From contig JANLFQ010000001.1 in the NCBI GenBank assembly GCA_024653355.1, positions 576,576 through 640,575 on the forward strand: DNA of 64,000 nt, read 5' to 3'. The translations under genes were made by a program, and so were the position numbers. This document shows, piece by piece, positions 29,834-39,224 of the stretch. Under the pieces are notes generated by a model, which was given only the letters and a program-made list of their open reading frames with translations, did no database searches and had not been told where the DNA came from. Within the stretch, counting starts at the first letter, position 1, and each line of letters opens with the position of its first letter. Source of the DNA: a candidate division WOR-3 bacterium (GTDB taxonomy: Bacteria; Hydrothermota; Tepidihabitantia; Tepidihabitantales; Tepidihabitantaceae).

Positions 29834-30798
29834 AGCACCGCCTGCAACTGAGCAATCACACCCTGGTATCCCCAATCACCAAGCAGGGTGTGATATTGAT
29901 AACCGAGAAGAACCTTCAACCTCCCCTCAACAATGTCCAGCCCCAGTGCCGCAAGCCCCCGCCCCTGGAATTTGCCGTTGTCCCGGGCAATCAACTCCAG
30001 TCGCGTCCCGGGCACAAAAAAACCGAAATCGTAACCGCCTTCAACAAATCCAGCCAGTGTCATCCGGTTCTGGAATTTCCGGTAAATCAACTCCAGTTGA
30101 GAAGAAAAGCCCCGCTGTTTCCACCGGATCTCACCCGCAACCCCTAACCAGCGTACCGCCTCGGGATAAACCCAACCATAATATCCGCTCCCCCCAATCC
30201 AGATGTCATAATCGGCAAACGGTTTTCCAATTACACGGCAACTGACATCCTTCCAGCCGTTGTTATCGCCGCTGTTTGGTCCGGTCCCGTTAACCACCGT
30301 GCCAAACAGCCGGTAATCAAACTTTCCTGGACAGGGCGGAGCATAGGACAAACTCAAACCGATATCGCGGATATCACCAGGTTTCAGCACATCGGTATAC
30401 AAGAGCGAATAGTCCTCAACTCTCAAATCCTGTTCCCGGGTTTCGCTCTCAAAATTAAGCGGGGTTTTAAACTGCCCAAGGCGCAGCGCCATTCCGTTTT
30501 CCCACCGAAAATCGACAAACAGGTCCCGCAGATACAGTCGGCTGAAGTCAAACTCCATCCGGGCGCTAACCCCTTTAAGCAGTTCTCCGGTTAAACCGAA
30601 AACCGCCAGCCGCTTCTGAAACTCAAATCCGGTTGTTACCCACCCGGTGCTGTTTATCCCCTGCCAGAACAGGGCATAAGCCTGAATTAGCCCATCAACC
30701 TTTAACCGGTCCGGAACAACGGTGATTTCCGCCTGCAAACAGGGGTTCGGCGGAAAAAGAATAAGGGCGACGATAAGAAGGAATCTTCTCCCCTTCAA
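29830..30798 (-). CDS. outer-membrane porin, OprO/OprP (phosphate-selective)-like
   Basis: Signal peptide; LRLGQFKTP, RDIG, NGTG.N..DNN..KD pattern. Confidence 0.7.
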   Translation of the reverse strand: MKGRRFLLIVALILFPPNPCLQAEITVVPDRLKVDGLIQAYALFWQGINSTGWVTTGFEFQKRLAVFGLTGELLKGVSARMEFDFSRLYLRDLFVDFRWENGMALRLGQFKTPLNFESETREQDLRVEDYSLLYTDVLKPGDIRDIGLSLSYAPPCPGKFDYRLFGTVVNGTGPNSGDNNGWKDVSCRVIGKPFADYDIWIGGSGYYGWVYPEAVRWLGVAGEIRWKQRGFSSQLELIYRKFQNRMTLAGFVEGGYDFGFFVPGTRLELIARDNGKFQGRGLAALGLDIVEGRLKVLLGYQYHTLLGDWGYQGVIAQLQAVL

Positions 30799-30822
30799 CC
30801 CGCTCCCTTCTCAACCAAAAAC

Positions 30823-30917
30823 TGGCGGAGGCGGGTAGGAATCGAACCTACCGGTCCACTTATCGCAGACCATACGGATTTGAAGTCCGCCAGGCACACC
30901 AGCACCCATCCGCCTCC
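30823..30917 (-). tRNA. selC: tRNA-Sec (anticodon UCA)
   Basis: 95 nt; 8-bp acceptor stem GGAGGCGG/CCGCCTCC, G discriminator + CCA, 6-bp D stem, anticodon loop CTTCAAA, long variable arm GGTCTGC/GTGGACC, 5-bp T stem. Confidence 0.97.
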
Positions 30918-30926
30918 GCATAACAT

Positions 30927-32897
30927 CTAATGCTGAACAATAACCTTTCTTACCTGCTTACCCCTGGCGTCGTCCACGCGCAGGAAATAAACTCCGGTTG
31001 GCAAATTACGAACATCCAGCCGCACTGTTTGTTGCCCGCTACCGCCCTCACCGCTGAAAACCAAGTTCCATTTCTGCACCAGCGCACCGGTCCGGTCGTA
31101 CATCCGAAGACTGACATTTCCCATAGGTGTTCCTGTTAGATGCACCAACCCTTCATTACGAACCGGATTCGGGGCAACTGTTAATGCCGATATTCCAAAA
31201 ACCCGTTTTGGTTCGGCAACCGCCACACTCTCCTCCCAGACGATAAGTTCCGCGCCGAGGGTATCGTTAAACCGCCGTTCATCGCCAATCAGTTCACTCC
31301 AACAAGTAACGGTAAACAATCCGCTGCTCTCAGCGCGAAAGACATTGAATTCAACGGTTTCAACCATTCCCGGTGTGAGATTCAACCATACACTATCACG
31401 GTATTCGCCCGGGGTCACAGTTAGTTTTATCCAGCAACTGTCTCGGTTTATCGCCAGATTTTTAACAACCGCGCCGGGCACAAACGAATCTTCTATCCAG
31501 AGCGATTCCGGGACAACCAAAGCGGTCAGGGCAAAATCGTGCTGCACCTCGTAAAACTTGCCGATTAACAGGTCGTAACCGGTTGAATCGTTAAAACTCA
31601 TACCGCCGATATATAAAAACCCATTGCGGCTTGTAACAATCCGGTAGCCCAGGTCCTCATTATGACTTGCCGGATTGTCCCAGAGATAAGAATAAAGCAA
31701 ATTGCCCGTGTTGTCGTACTTCAGCACCCCGATATCGCGGACTGTTGTCCGTGTGTCAACATTACCAATCACCAGCACCTGACCTAAAGAGTCAACAACG
31801 ATATCCGTACCTTCGTCTTCCAGCATTGCGCCATCATAACGCTGGGTCCAGCGCGGCACCCCGGCTGATGTGTAAGACACCGTGGCGATGTCGTAATCGG
31901 TTACATCGTCAAGACTGGTACCGGTCACAAACACATTGCCCGCCTGGTCCAATGTCAACCCGTAAAGCAAATCCTCGTTGTTGGCAGGGTAACGGTTGTA
32001 CGCCCGTGCCCAGAGCGAGTCGCCATTCCGACTGTACTTCATCGTAAAATAGTTGTAATCCTGATTGTCGTCATAGACAATGCCCCCGATAACAATCGTG
32101 CTTGTCACCGGGTCAAACTTAATTTTCATTCCGTAGTCATCGCCGACCCAGGGGTAGTTATTCTTACGCCGCAACCAGCTCCGGACACCGGTTGGTGTGT
32201 AACGAATCGTCGCAATATCATAATCGGTGCCGTCATCGTAACTGGTTCCGGTAACATAGACATTGTTAGAGTCATCAACACAGATCGAATAGGAAATGTC
32301 CTCGTCGTTTTCCGGGGTCCGGTTGTAATAACGAACCCAAACGGTATCACCGGTTGTCCCGTTGTAGCAGATGGTGCAGTAATCTGTGTTACCGGTACTA
32401 TCCGAACTGTAACCGGTAACAATCACCCGGCCCAAGCGGTCAAGACAGAGTGCCAGCGCCGCGTCATCTTGATTAAACGCCCGGCGCCAGGTTTTTGCCC
32501 AGAGCAACTGACCGGTTGCGGAATATTTCAGCGTCACCCAATCGATGTCCATCACCGTGTCAATCACCCAACCGCATACATAAACCTGGCCCAGACTGTC
32601 CACAACCAGTGCTGCTGCCGAGTCGTCCTGGTGTGCTCGGCCGTCATAGGTGGCAGTCCAGACCAGTTGACCTGTTGAATCGTATTTTTGAACAACAATG
32701 TCCGCGGTTTGCGCTATCGTACCTGTCACCCCCGTTACATAAACATTGCCCACCCTGTCAACTACCATATCAGAAAAAATCTCTTCGCCTCTTGCCGTAC
32801 CATCAAACTGCCGCAACCAGGCGGTATCAAGCTGTGCCGATGTAGTTCCAAAGAACAAAACCGTCAAGAGAAACGACACAACACGCAAAAAGTTCAT
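30927..32897 (-). CDS. SBBP-repeat beta-propeller protein with CARDB-like domain and T9SS CTD
   Basis: Signal peptide; about 7 repeats of VD..GNVYVTG...D...KY...G...W; PNPVR...YDRTG...LPTGVYF...KVIVQH; SD GAGGAGG before ATG 32897. Confidence 0.85.
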   Translation of the reverse strand: MNFLRVVSFLLTVLFFGTTSAQLDTAWLRQFDGTARGEEIFSDMVVDRVGNVYVTGVTGTIAQTADIVVQKYDSTGQLVWTATYDGRAHQDDSAAALVVDSLGQVYVCGWVIDTVMDIDWVTLKYSATGQLLWAKTWRRAFNQDDAALALCLDRLGRVIVTGYSSDSTGNTDYCTICYNGTTGDTVWVRYYNRTPENDEDISYSICVDDSNNVYVTGTSYDDGTDYDIATIRYTPTGVRSWLRRKNNYPWVGDDYGMKIKFDPVTSTIVIGGIVYDDNQDYNYFTMKYSRNGDSLWARAYNRYPANNEDLLYGLTLDQAGNVFVTGTSLDDVTDYDIATVSYTSAGVPRWTQRYDGAMLEDEGTDIVVDSLGQVLVIGNVDTRTTVRDIGVLKYDNTGNLLYSYLWDNPASHNEDLGYRIVTSRNGFLYIGGMSFNDSTGYDLLIGKFYEVQHDFALTALVVPESLWIEDSFVPGAVVKNLAINRDSCWIKLTVTPGEYRDSVWLNLTPGMVETVEFNVFRAESSGLFTVTCWSELIGDERRFNDTLGAELIVWEESVAVAEPKRVFGISALTVAPNPVRNEGLVHLTGTPMGNVSLRMYDRTGALVQKWNLVFSGEGGSGQQTVRLDVRNLPTGVYFLRVDDARGKQVRKVIVQH

Positions 32898-33086
32898 TTG
32901 TCCTCCTCGCAACTAATGTTACTCATCTTTAACAATTTACCGCCGAATCCTCCTCTTGTCAATCCATACGCACCGATAAACTTAAATAGCGCAAAACTGT
33001 TCGTTTAAACAAACCGGTTTAACTCGAATTTAACACCGGGTAGATTAAACCTGACTGTGCCGAAGATGTTCACCCTCTCTGACCTG

Positions 33087-33350
33087 AAGACACCATTGGG
33101 AACAAACCGGGAAATAGAATTCAGGACCGCACCAAAGACCGATTGGCAGATTACCGGGTCAGTTGGTAATAAAATGGTAGATTAGACGGTTCTGGTTAGA
33201 ATCCTGTTGATTATCAATAAGATAGGTGCTAAAACGGTCGGGAAAACGGTTTCTGGAAGGTTAAGAATGATGGTAAGAAAGGTGATAGGAAAAGGGGTAT
33301 ATAAGACTATTCCAGGGATTGCCCCCGGACTACTGGGGGAACGGTTTTTT
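33087..33350. repeat. degenerate 12-bp-period tract (about 22 units)
   Basis: e.g. AAAACGGTCGGG / AAAACGGTTTCT / GGAAGGTTAAGA / ATGATGGTAAGA / AAGGTGATAGGA; AGGACCGCACCA / AAGACCGATTGG. Confidence 0.45.
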
Positions 33351-33514
33351 GTCACTTTTCGTTAAATTTTCGTATTAAGAAAATAGGGCAAAAAATTTTG
33401 CTGCCTTTGCATTTGGCATTAACCGCGTCATTCGCATCGTGGATACACACAACCAAAGGCATCTGTTGACTGCAAACAAATTATTATAATAATAAAGTAA
33501 AAAGGAGCAGCGCA

Positions 33515-35722
33515 ATGCGTATCATTCTGTCCCTTCTATCCCTCAGTACAATTGTCTTTGCCCGGTGGACGGCTATCGGACCTGCCGGTGGCCCGGTTTA
33601 CTCCGGTGGAATCAGCCGAACCAATCCCCCTGTAATCTACTTTTCACCTTACGCCTCTCCAACAAAACTGTTGAAATCAACCGACGCGGGCACAACCTGG
33701 GAGTTCACCAACGGCACTCTCAGCACCTATCCAAGAGAAATCGTGGTCCATCCGCACAACCCTGATATCGTTTACGCCCTGACCGGTTCCGCCATTTACA
33801 AAACCACAAATGGTGGTAGTTCCTGGACTCTCAATTCGGTTCCAGCAAGTCACTACTTTTACACCTTTACCATCAATCCCCTAAACCCGGATGAACTTTT
33901 CGCCGCCGGGTACAACTACACTGGTGGCTCTGCCCGATTGGCATTTGCTCGCAGCACCAATGCCGGTGTCAGCTGGACAACAACCATCTGTGATACCACA
34001 CCTTCATCTTATGGTTACTCAATCGCCGTTGACCCGGTTGACACAAGTGTAATATATGTCGGGGGCTATCGCAGCACCGGGGGCACAACCACGCTCTATC
34101 GGTCATTTGACCGGGGAGAAACCTGGGAAGAAATTAATCTTGCTATCACCGGCTACTACCCCTATGCGCTCCACATCAACCCTGCAAACAACAACATTAT
34201 CCTCATCGCCCCTTACACGAGCGGAATATACCGTTCCACCGACCGGGGCGCAACTTGGACCCGGACCGCAATCATCACCAGCGTCTACCGTATTGCCTCT
34301 GCCGCCGGCGAACCGGCAACCGTTTATGCCACAAACAGCAGTGGTATCTATAAGAGCACCGACGCCGGTATCACCTGGACAAGAATTGGAACTGGCGTGC
34401 TCGGTACACCCAACTACTGTCTGCTGACAAACCCTGTTGACCCGGGCACCGTTTACTTTGGAACGAAGGTTGGGTTCTACCGTTCTACCGACTACGGCGT
34501 TACCTGGGAGAATACGACAAATACAATTTCCTTTAATAAAACCACCGTAATCGCCCTTGCCTCGGACAACGCTACCGTCTATACCGAATGCCTTGACAAC
34601 GCCATCTACCGTTCAACTGACAACGGCGCCTCCTGGGAACGTTGTCCGGATTTTCTCTCCTGCGGCAACATCTGCGGCATCGCCGTGCACCCTTCTGACC
34701 CTCAAACCGTGTGGGCGCTTGAAGGCTCCGGTTGAGGCAACGCTGAGCTCTTTAAGAGCACAGACGGCGGGTCCGTCTGGACACAGGTTGAAAGTTATCT
34801 GGTTGATGGTGCTGCCATCGCCATTTCGCCCCACAATCCCGATATCATCTTCAGCGCCGGTTTTGGTTCCATCAACGGTGCCTATCGCATCCAGACCTCT
34901 TACACTACAAATGGCGGCAGCGTCTGGCACCACGACACCCTGGAAGATTCTATCGCCCGTGTTAATGCCCTGATTTTTGACCCCTATGACTCAAACCGCA
35001 TCCTGATGGGCGGCGACTCAATGTACTCCTACAAACTCCTTCTGGTAAGCACTGACCTGGGCAACACCTGGCGCCACATTGGCAATAACTTAACGGGTTC
35101 GATTTACTGCCTTGCTGCAGTACCCACCACCCCGGGTGCGTTTTTCGCCGGCACCAGTCAGGGACTGTTTTTGTCTACTGACGGTGGCAACAACTGGACA
35201 CGCACCGGCACATTCACCTATGTCAAAGCGGTCTGTGTCCATCCGGAAAATGAAAGCATCGTCTATGCCGGCACCAACAACGGCGTTTATCTCACCACTG
35301 ACCGTGGCACGGTCTGGCAACAGATTAACGAAGGATTACTTAACCTTAATGTCGTTGCGCTGACCCTACACAGCGGTGAAAATCCCACAGTGTTCGCCGG
35401 TACCAGCGGCGCGGGAATTTTTACCACCTCGCCACCAACCGGCATCGCTCATCAAACACAAACAGCGTTACGGACGCTCAAACTAACACCCAACCCCTCT
35501 CGCGGGTTTATTAGGCTAATCGGCTTAACCCGTAGCGAAAACGGCATCTCCTGTTCTGTCTATGACCGTAGCGGGCGCCTCCTGCTTTCAACAACACCCC
35601 AACCAGCATCGGATAACAACACCTGGCTCCTCGATTTGCACCACTTACCCTCAGGCACTTACTTCCTCGGTATTAAAGATGGTCAGAAAACGGTGTTCCA
35701 GCCATTAATAATCTCCAAATAG
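33515..35722 (+). CDS. putative selenoprotein: BNR/Asp-box beta-propeller with signal peptide and T9SS CTD (735 aa, Sec407)
   Basis: Track ORFs 33515-34735 and 35006-35722 share one frame; the only stop between them is TGA 34733-34735 (WALEGSG-U-GNAELFKSTDGGSVW); SECIS-like hairpin follows; selC lies about 2.6 kb upstream of the start. Confidence 0.8.
34761..34779 (+). promoter_or_regulatory. candidate bacterial SECIS hairpin
   Basis: Perfect 7-bp stem CAGACGG/CCGTCTG, loop CGGGT starting 33 nt after the UGA; small GCTCT/AGAGC hairpin just 5' of it. Confidence 0.6.
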
Positions 35723-35756
35723 GAGAGGCGAACGGCATAACGACTCGTTCAATAAG

Positions 35757-35784
35757 TTGACGGCTACTTGAAAAGTGCTATCTT
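35757..35784 (+). promoter_or_regulatory. sigma70-type promoter, leaderless xerC
   Basis: TTGACG-N16-TATCTT-N6-GTG, extended TG. Confidence 0.65.
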
Positions 35785-35790
35785 GAACTG

Positions 35791-36693
35791 GTGGCATTAA
35801 GCGAACATTACGAGCGCCATTTAACGAACTTTCTTACCTATTTAGAAAAGGAGCGCCGCTTTTCTTCCCATACGGTCCGCTCTTATGAAGTGGACCTCCG
35901 CCAGTTCTTTGACTTCTGTACTGAACAACTTGGCGGAAAATCGATCGCTCAACTAACCCGTTCTGACATTCGTGATTTTCTGGGCGCGGTTCTGCGCTAT
36001 GGCTACACTGCAAAGAGCGCTGTGCGAAAACTGTCCGCATTGAAATCGTTTTTCCGCTATCTTCTCTCAACCGGAGAAGTTCTGCAAAGCCCGGCTCGGG
36101 GTATTAAAGGACCGCCCATCGAAAAGCAACTGCCGCCTCTTATCACCCAGCTGCAGATTGCCCAGGTCCTGAACAGCACCGATGATTCGCCCCAATCGCT
36201 ACGTACCATTGCGATTCTTGAAACAATCTACGGTTCAGGCTTACGCGCTGCCGAACTTGTCGGACTGAACCGTTCTGACATCGACTTTGCGCACAACACA
36301 ATCCGAATCCGAGGTAAGGGCGGTAAAGAACGACTCCTGCCTCTGGGAAGCAAGGAAAAGTCGGCTTTACAGAAATACCTTGCGGTGCGCGGCTACCCGG
36401 ACGCTGAACCGCTCTTCCTTAACAATCAGGGCAAGAGACTTACCACCCGTTCGGTTCAAAATATCGTGCGCCGTGCCTTGAGCCAGATCGCCGGCATCAC
36501 CGCTACCAATCCCCACGCCCTCCGTCACGCATTTGCGACCCATCTTCTGGAACGGGGTGCTGACCTGCGCGCTGTTCAGGAACTTCTTGGCCACTCTTCA
36601 CTCTCATCCACTCAGATTTACACCCACCTTACTGTTGAACGTTTGCGCAAAGTTTACGATAAAGCCCATCCGCGTTCTGGGGCGAAGAGTTGA
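35791..36693 (+). CDS. xerC: tyrosine recombinase XerC
   Basis: GLRAAEL, GKGGKER, HALRHAFATHLL, LGHSSLSSTQIYTH, AHPR. Confidence 0.9.
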   Translation: MALSEHYERHLTNFLTYLEKERRFSSHTVRSYEVDLRQFFDFCTEQLGGKSIAQLTRSDIRDFLGAVLRYGYTAKSAVRKLSALKSFFRYLLSTGEVLQSPARGIKGPPIEKQLPPLITQLQIAQVLNSTDDSPQSLRTIAILETIYGSGLRAAELVGLNRSDIDFAHNTIRIRGKGGKERLLPLGSKEKSALQKYLAVRGYPDAEPLFLNNQGKRLTTRSVQNIVRRALSQIAGITATNPHALRHAFATHLLERGADLRAVQELLGHSSLSSTQIYTHLTVERLRKVYDKAHPRSGAKS

Positions 36694-36706
36694 GTCTAAA
36701 ACATTG

Positions 36707-37867
36707 CTAAAAAAATTTAATCCTGCGCCGCGGTAACATCCGCCCTTTCCAGGATGTCTTCCCCAGAATGGTTAATACTATTGAGGCGAATCCCAACCCA
36801 CTGGCAACAGTCATAGTCAGCGGATAGAGGAAAACAATCTTACCGGGTAATTTTGCCTTCACCGCTACAACGCTCCAGACGATTACCGCAAACAGAATCG
36901 TAACAACCGCCGCATAGAACTGACCGTTAAAATTTAGCCGAACAACACCCCTTCCGGCTTCAATCAGTGGCTGCCAGGTTATCAATAGCATCCAGCACCA
37001 AACAAACAGTGCCGGTATCAGTCGATAGTCAAATATCGCAAAAAAGTTCTTGCTGAACCCCTGCCATGCTGAAACAAAACCCCGGTACATACGCGTTGAA
37101 ACACAGTCGGTTGCATCTATCATGCGCCAGCTCATTCCCGCCTTCTTAATCCGGCGCGCCAGCGCTATATCCTCGGCGGCTTCGGTTCGCACTTCTCTGT
37201 GTCCGCCAATCAACTGGTAGGAAAGTTTACGGAACAACATAAACTTCCCATTCGCCGCAACTAATGCCTGAGAATTACGCCATCGATAAGCAATACCCAG
37301 CGGTAGAATCGACATTATTGCCCAGAAGAGAAACGGGACCGTTATCTTCTCACCAATCGTTGGAACAGAATTGTGGATTATTGCGGTTAGCAAATCGGCG
37401 TTGGTAACCGCCATTACCGCCACACCGCGACTCAATGTATCAGAACGAAAAACCGTATCGGCGTCGGTAAATAGAAGTAACTCGCCGGTTGCGGCATCTG
37501 CCAGTTGCTGGCAGGCCCAGGTTTTACCGGTCCAACCTTCGGGTAACGGAAGCCCATTAATAACCCTTAACCGCTGGTCGGCAAATTGGGCAAGAACTAT
37601 ACCGGTTCCGTCTTCTGAATGGTCGTCTAACACCAGAACCTCAAAATCACCGTAATCCTGCTCCAGTAACGAGGTAATGCATCGACCGATTGTCTCCGAT
37701 TCATTACGTGCCGGTATCAGGATTGATACCCGGGGGCGCCATGGACCTGATTGATAGCTACTCAGTCGACGCAAAAACAGTGCATTGCTCACAGTTATTA
37801 TCAACTGCACGCTAACAAATATCAATAAACGATAACTGTCCACGAAAAGATTGATAAACCTTATCAC
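36707..37867 (-). CDS. GT2 glycosyltransferase (CrtQ/CruC-like)
   Basis: IPARNE, DDHSEDGT, LPEGWTGKTWACQQL, FTDAD, RMY..GFSKN. Confidence 0.8.
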   Translation of the reverse strand: MIRFINLFVDSYRLLIFVSVQLIITVSNALFLRRLSSYQSGPWRPRVSILIPARNESETIGRCITSLLEQDYGDFEVLVLDDHSEDGTGIVLAQFADQRLRVINGLPLPEGWTGKTWACQQLADAATGELLLFTDADTVFRSDTLSRGVAVMAVTNADLLTAIIHNSVPTIGEKITVPFLFWAIMSILPLGIAYRWRNSQALVAANGKFMLFRKLSYQLIGGHREVRTEAAEDIALARRIKKAGMSWRMIDATDCVSTRMYRGFVSAWQGFSKNFFAIFDYRLIPALFVWCWMLLITWQPLIEAGRGVVRLNFNGQFYAAVVTILFAVIVWSVVAVKAKLPGKIVFLYPLTMTVASGLGFASIVLTILGKTSWKGRMLPRRRIKFF

Positions 37868-38415
37868 CGCCGAAATCCCATTTGATGTTTAAACATTACT
37901 ATCAGAAAATTACCCAGCGCCGCACCGGTGAGCACCGGGTCTCGGAACCGAAAACCGATATATACCAACATAAAGAGCAAACTGATTAAAACCGATAACC
38001 TGTCGTCCCGTAGCCGTAAAATAAATTTCAAAAAGAAAAGCATCCCACCCAGAAAGGTGGGGACCTCCCATAATGTCACACCACTCCAGACGCCGAAAGT
38101 TACCGCAAGTGCCTTACCGCCTCTGAACCGCAACCAAGGGGAAAAGGCATGTCCGAGCACCGGCGCAATTATCGTCAACAATAAAGGCACGCCGGCCAAC
38201 TTTAAGCCCCAATAACCTATCGCGACCGGCACCGCACCTTTGAGAAAATCAAGTAGCAACGCCACTCCCCCAATTATCGGACCGGCAACTTTAATCGCGT
38301 TAACAGCACCCGGATTACCATCACCCACACTCCTCAAATCCCGACCCCGAACCCGTGCCAGCCATAATGAAAACATCAGTGACCCGGAACAGAATGAAAA
38401 AAGAGGAAACAGCAA
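37864..38415 (-). CDS. PlsY-like membrane acyltransferase
   Basis: GDGNPGAVN, LDFLKG, GHAFSP..FRGGKALA; start uncertain. Confidence 0.8.
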   Translation of the reverse strand: MLFPLFSFCSGSLMFSLWLARVRGRDLRSVGDGNPGAVNAIKVAGPIIGGVALLLDFLKGAVPVAIGYWGLKLAGVPLLLTIIAPVLGHAFSPWLRFRGGKALAVTFGVWSGVTLWEVPTFLGGMLFFLKFILRLRDDRLSVLISLLFMLVYIGFRFRDPVLTGAALGNFLIVMFKHQMGFRR

Positions 38416-38429
38416 TCGAATTACCCCAA

Positions 38430-39143
38430 CTAATCCCCCAATTTACTACTTTGACGCAAATCAAGTTGATAATCATCGTAAATGTCGTAGATTTCGATAC
38501 GCCGGCGCATAACCTCAACTAAAAAATTTAGGCGTAAATCCATCTGAAGCCTGAACTCCTTTGGTAACCGGTATCCTTGTATTAACCGATAATCAATCAC
38601 CATTTGAGCATCAGCAACCACAAACGGCAAACGCGCCGGGACAAACTCCAGCCGGACAACATCTCCCGAATTAACCATCACATAACCGACACTCCTGATG
38701 TGATAATCATCGGCACGCCGGGGGATAAATTTTACCATCACAACACTTTCCTTCTGCCAAACTCTACTCCCTATTACTTCATAACGATAGTCATCCCGTG
38801 TTTCCAGAAAAAACGGCATCTTGGTCTGACGCGCGATCAACCCCTTTTTCACTAAACTGCGGCAAACCTGTGTCTTTTCCCGCCCGGTAACTATCCTGCC
38901 ATCGACACTCACTTTAAGAAATTCGAACTCCTGTTCCTCGTAACGCTTCATTCTTACCCGGCGTCGACATTCTATCGTCTGCTGTTTGCCACTACGGAAA
39001 TCGGTCTCCTTGTAAGTAAAATCTGCCTGATAGGTGACACCCGCCAGTTCAGTTGCCACTTGACGCTGACGAAGGAATATCCGATTGATTACCTCTTCCT
39101 CATTTAAAACCCAACACAAAATTAGTATCCCGCTAAGGGGCAT
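38430..39143 (-). CDS. hypothetical protein (beta-rich, possibly exported)
   Basis: 237-aa ORF heading the operon; promoter TTGACA-N16-GATAAT-N5-ATG (39176-39149). Confidence 0.6.
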   Translation of the reverse strand: MPLSGILILCWVLNEEEVINRIFLRQRQVATELAGVTYQADFTYKETDFRSGKQQTIECRRRVRMKRYEEQEFEFLKVSVDGRIVTGREKTQVCRSLVKKGLIARQTKMPFFLETRDDYRYEVIGSRVWQKESVVMVKFIPRRADDYHIRSVGYVMVNSGDVVRLEFVPARLPFVVADAQMVIDYRLIQGYRLPKEFRLQMDLRLNFLVEVMRRRIEIYDIYDDYQLDLRQSSKLGD

Positions 39144-39224
39144 GAGGCATTATCTTTTTATGTAGTCATTTGTCAAGGGTTAAAAACTTGTCCGGTGTAT
39201 AAATTAAGGGTAAAATTGACTTGT

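Noticed and set aside
33183..33185. Pyrrolysine read-through of the TAG in the intergenic frame
   Set aside because: No pyl genes or tRNA-Pyl in the window and no independent evidence the frame is coding.
33087..33350. CRISPR array
   Set aside because: No identical 23-47-nt repeats with unique spacers and no cas genes.
34733..34735. Genome-wide UGA reassignment (code 4 or 25) as the explanation for read-through
   Set aside because: Many conserved genes end at TGA at their expected length, often in ATGA/GTGA overlaps (mlaE, birA, rnfC, rnfD), and the UCA tRNA has Sec-specific 8/5 structure.
35006..35722. Independent 238-aa gene as given in the ORF track
   Set aside because: Starts mid-repeat, has no SD, promoter or signal peptide, and the frame is open for 90 codons upstream to the TGA.
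35791..36693. Phage or island integrase associated with selC
   Set aside because: Sequence matches chromosomal XerC; I saw no att duplication of either tRNA 3' end and no phage or mobile genes nearby.
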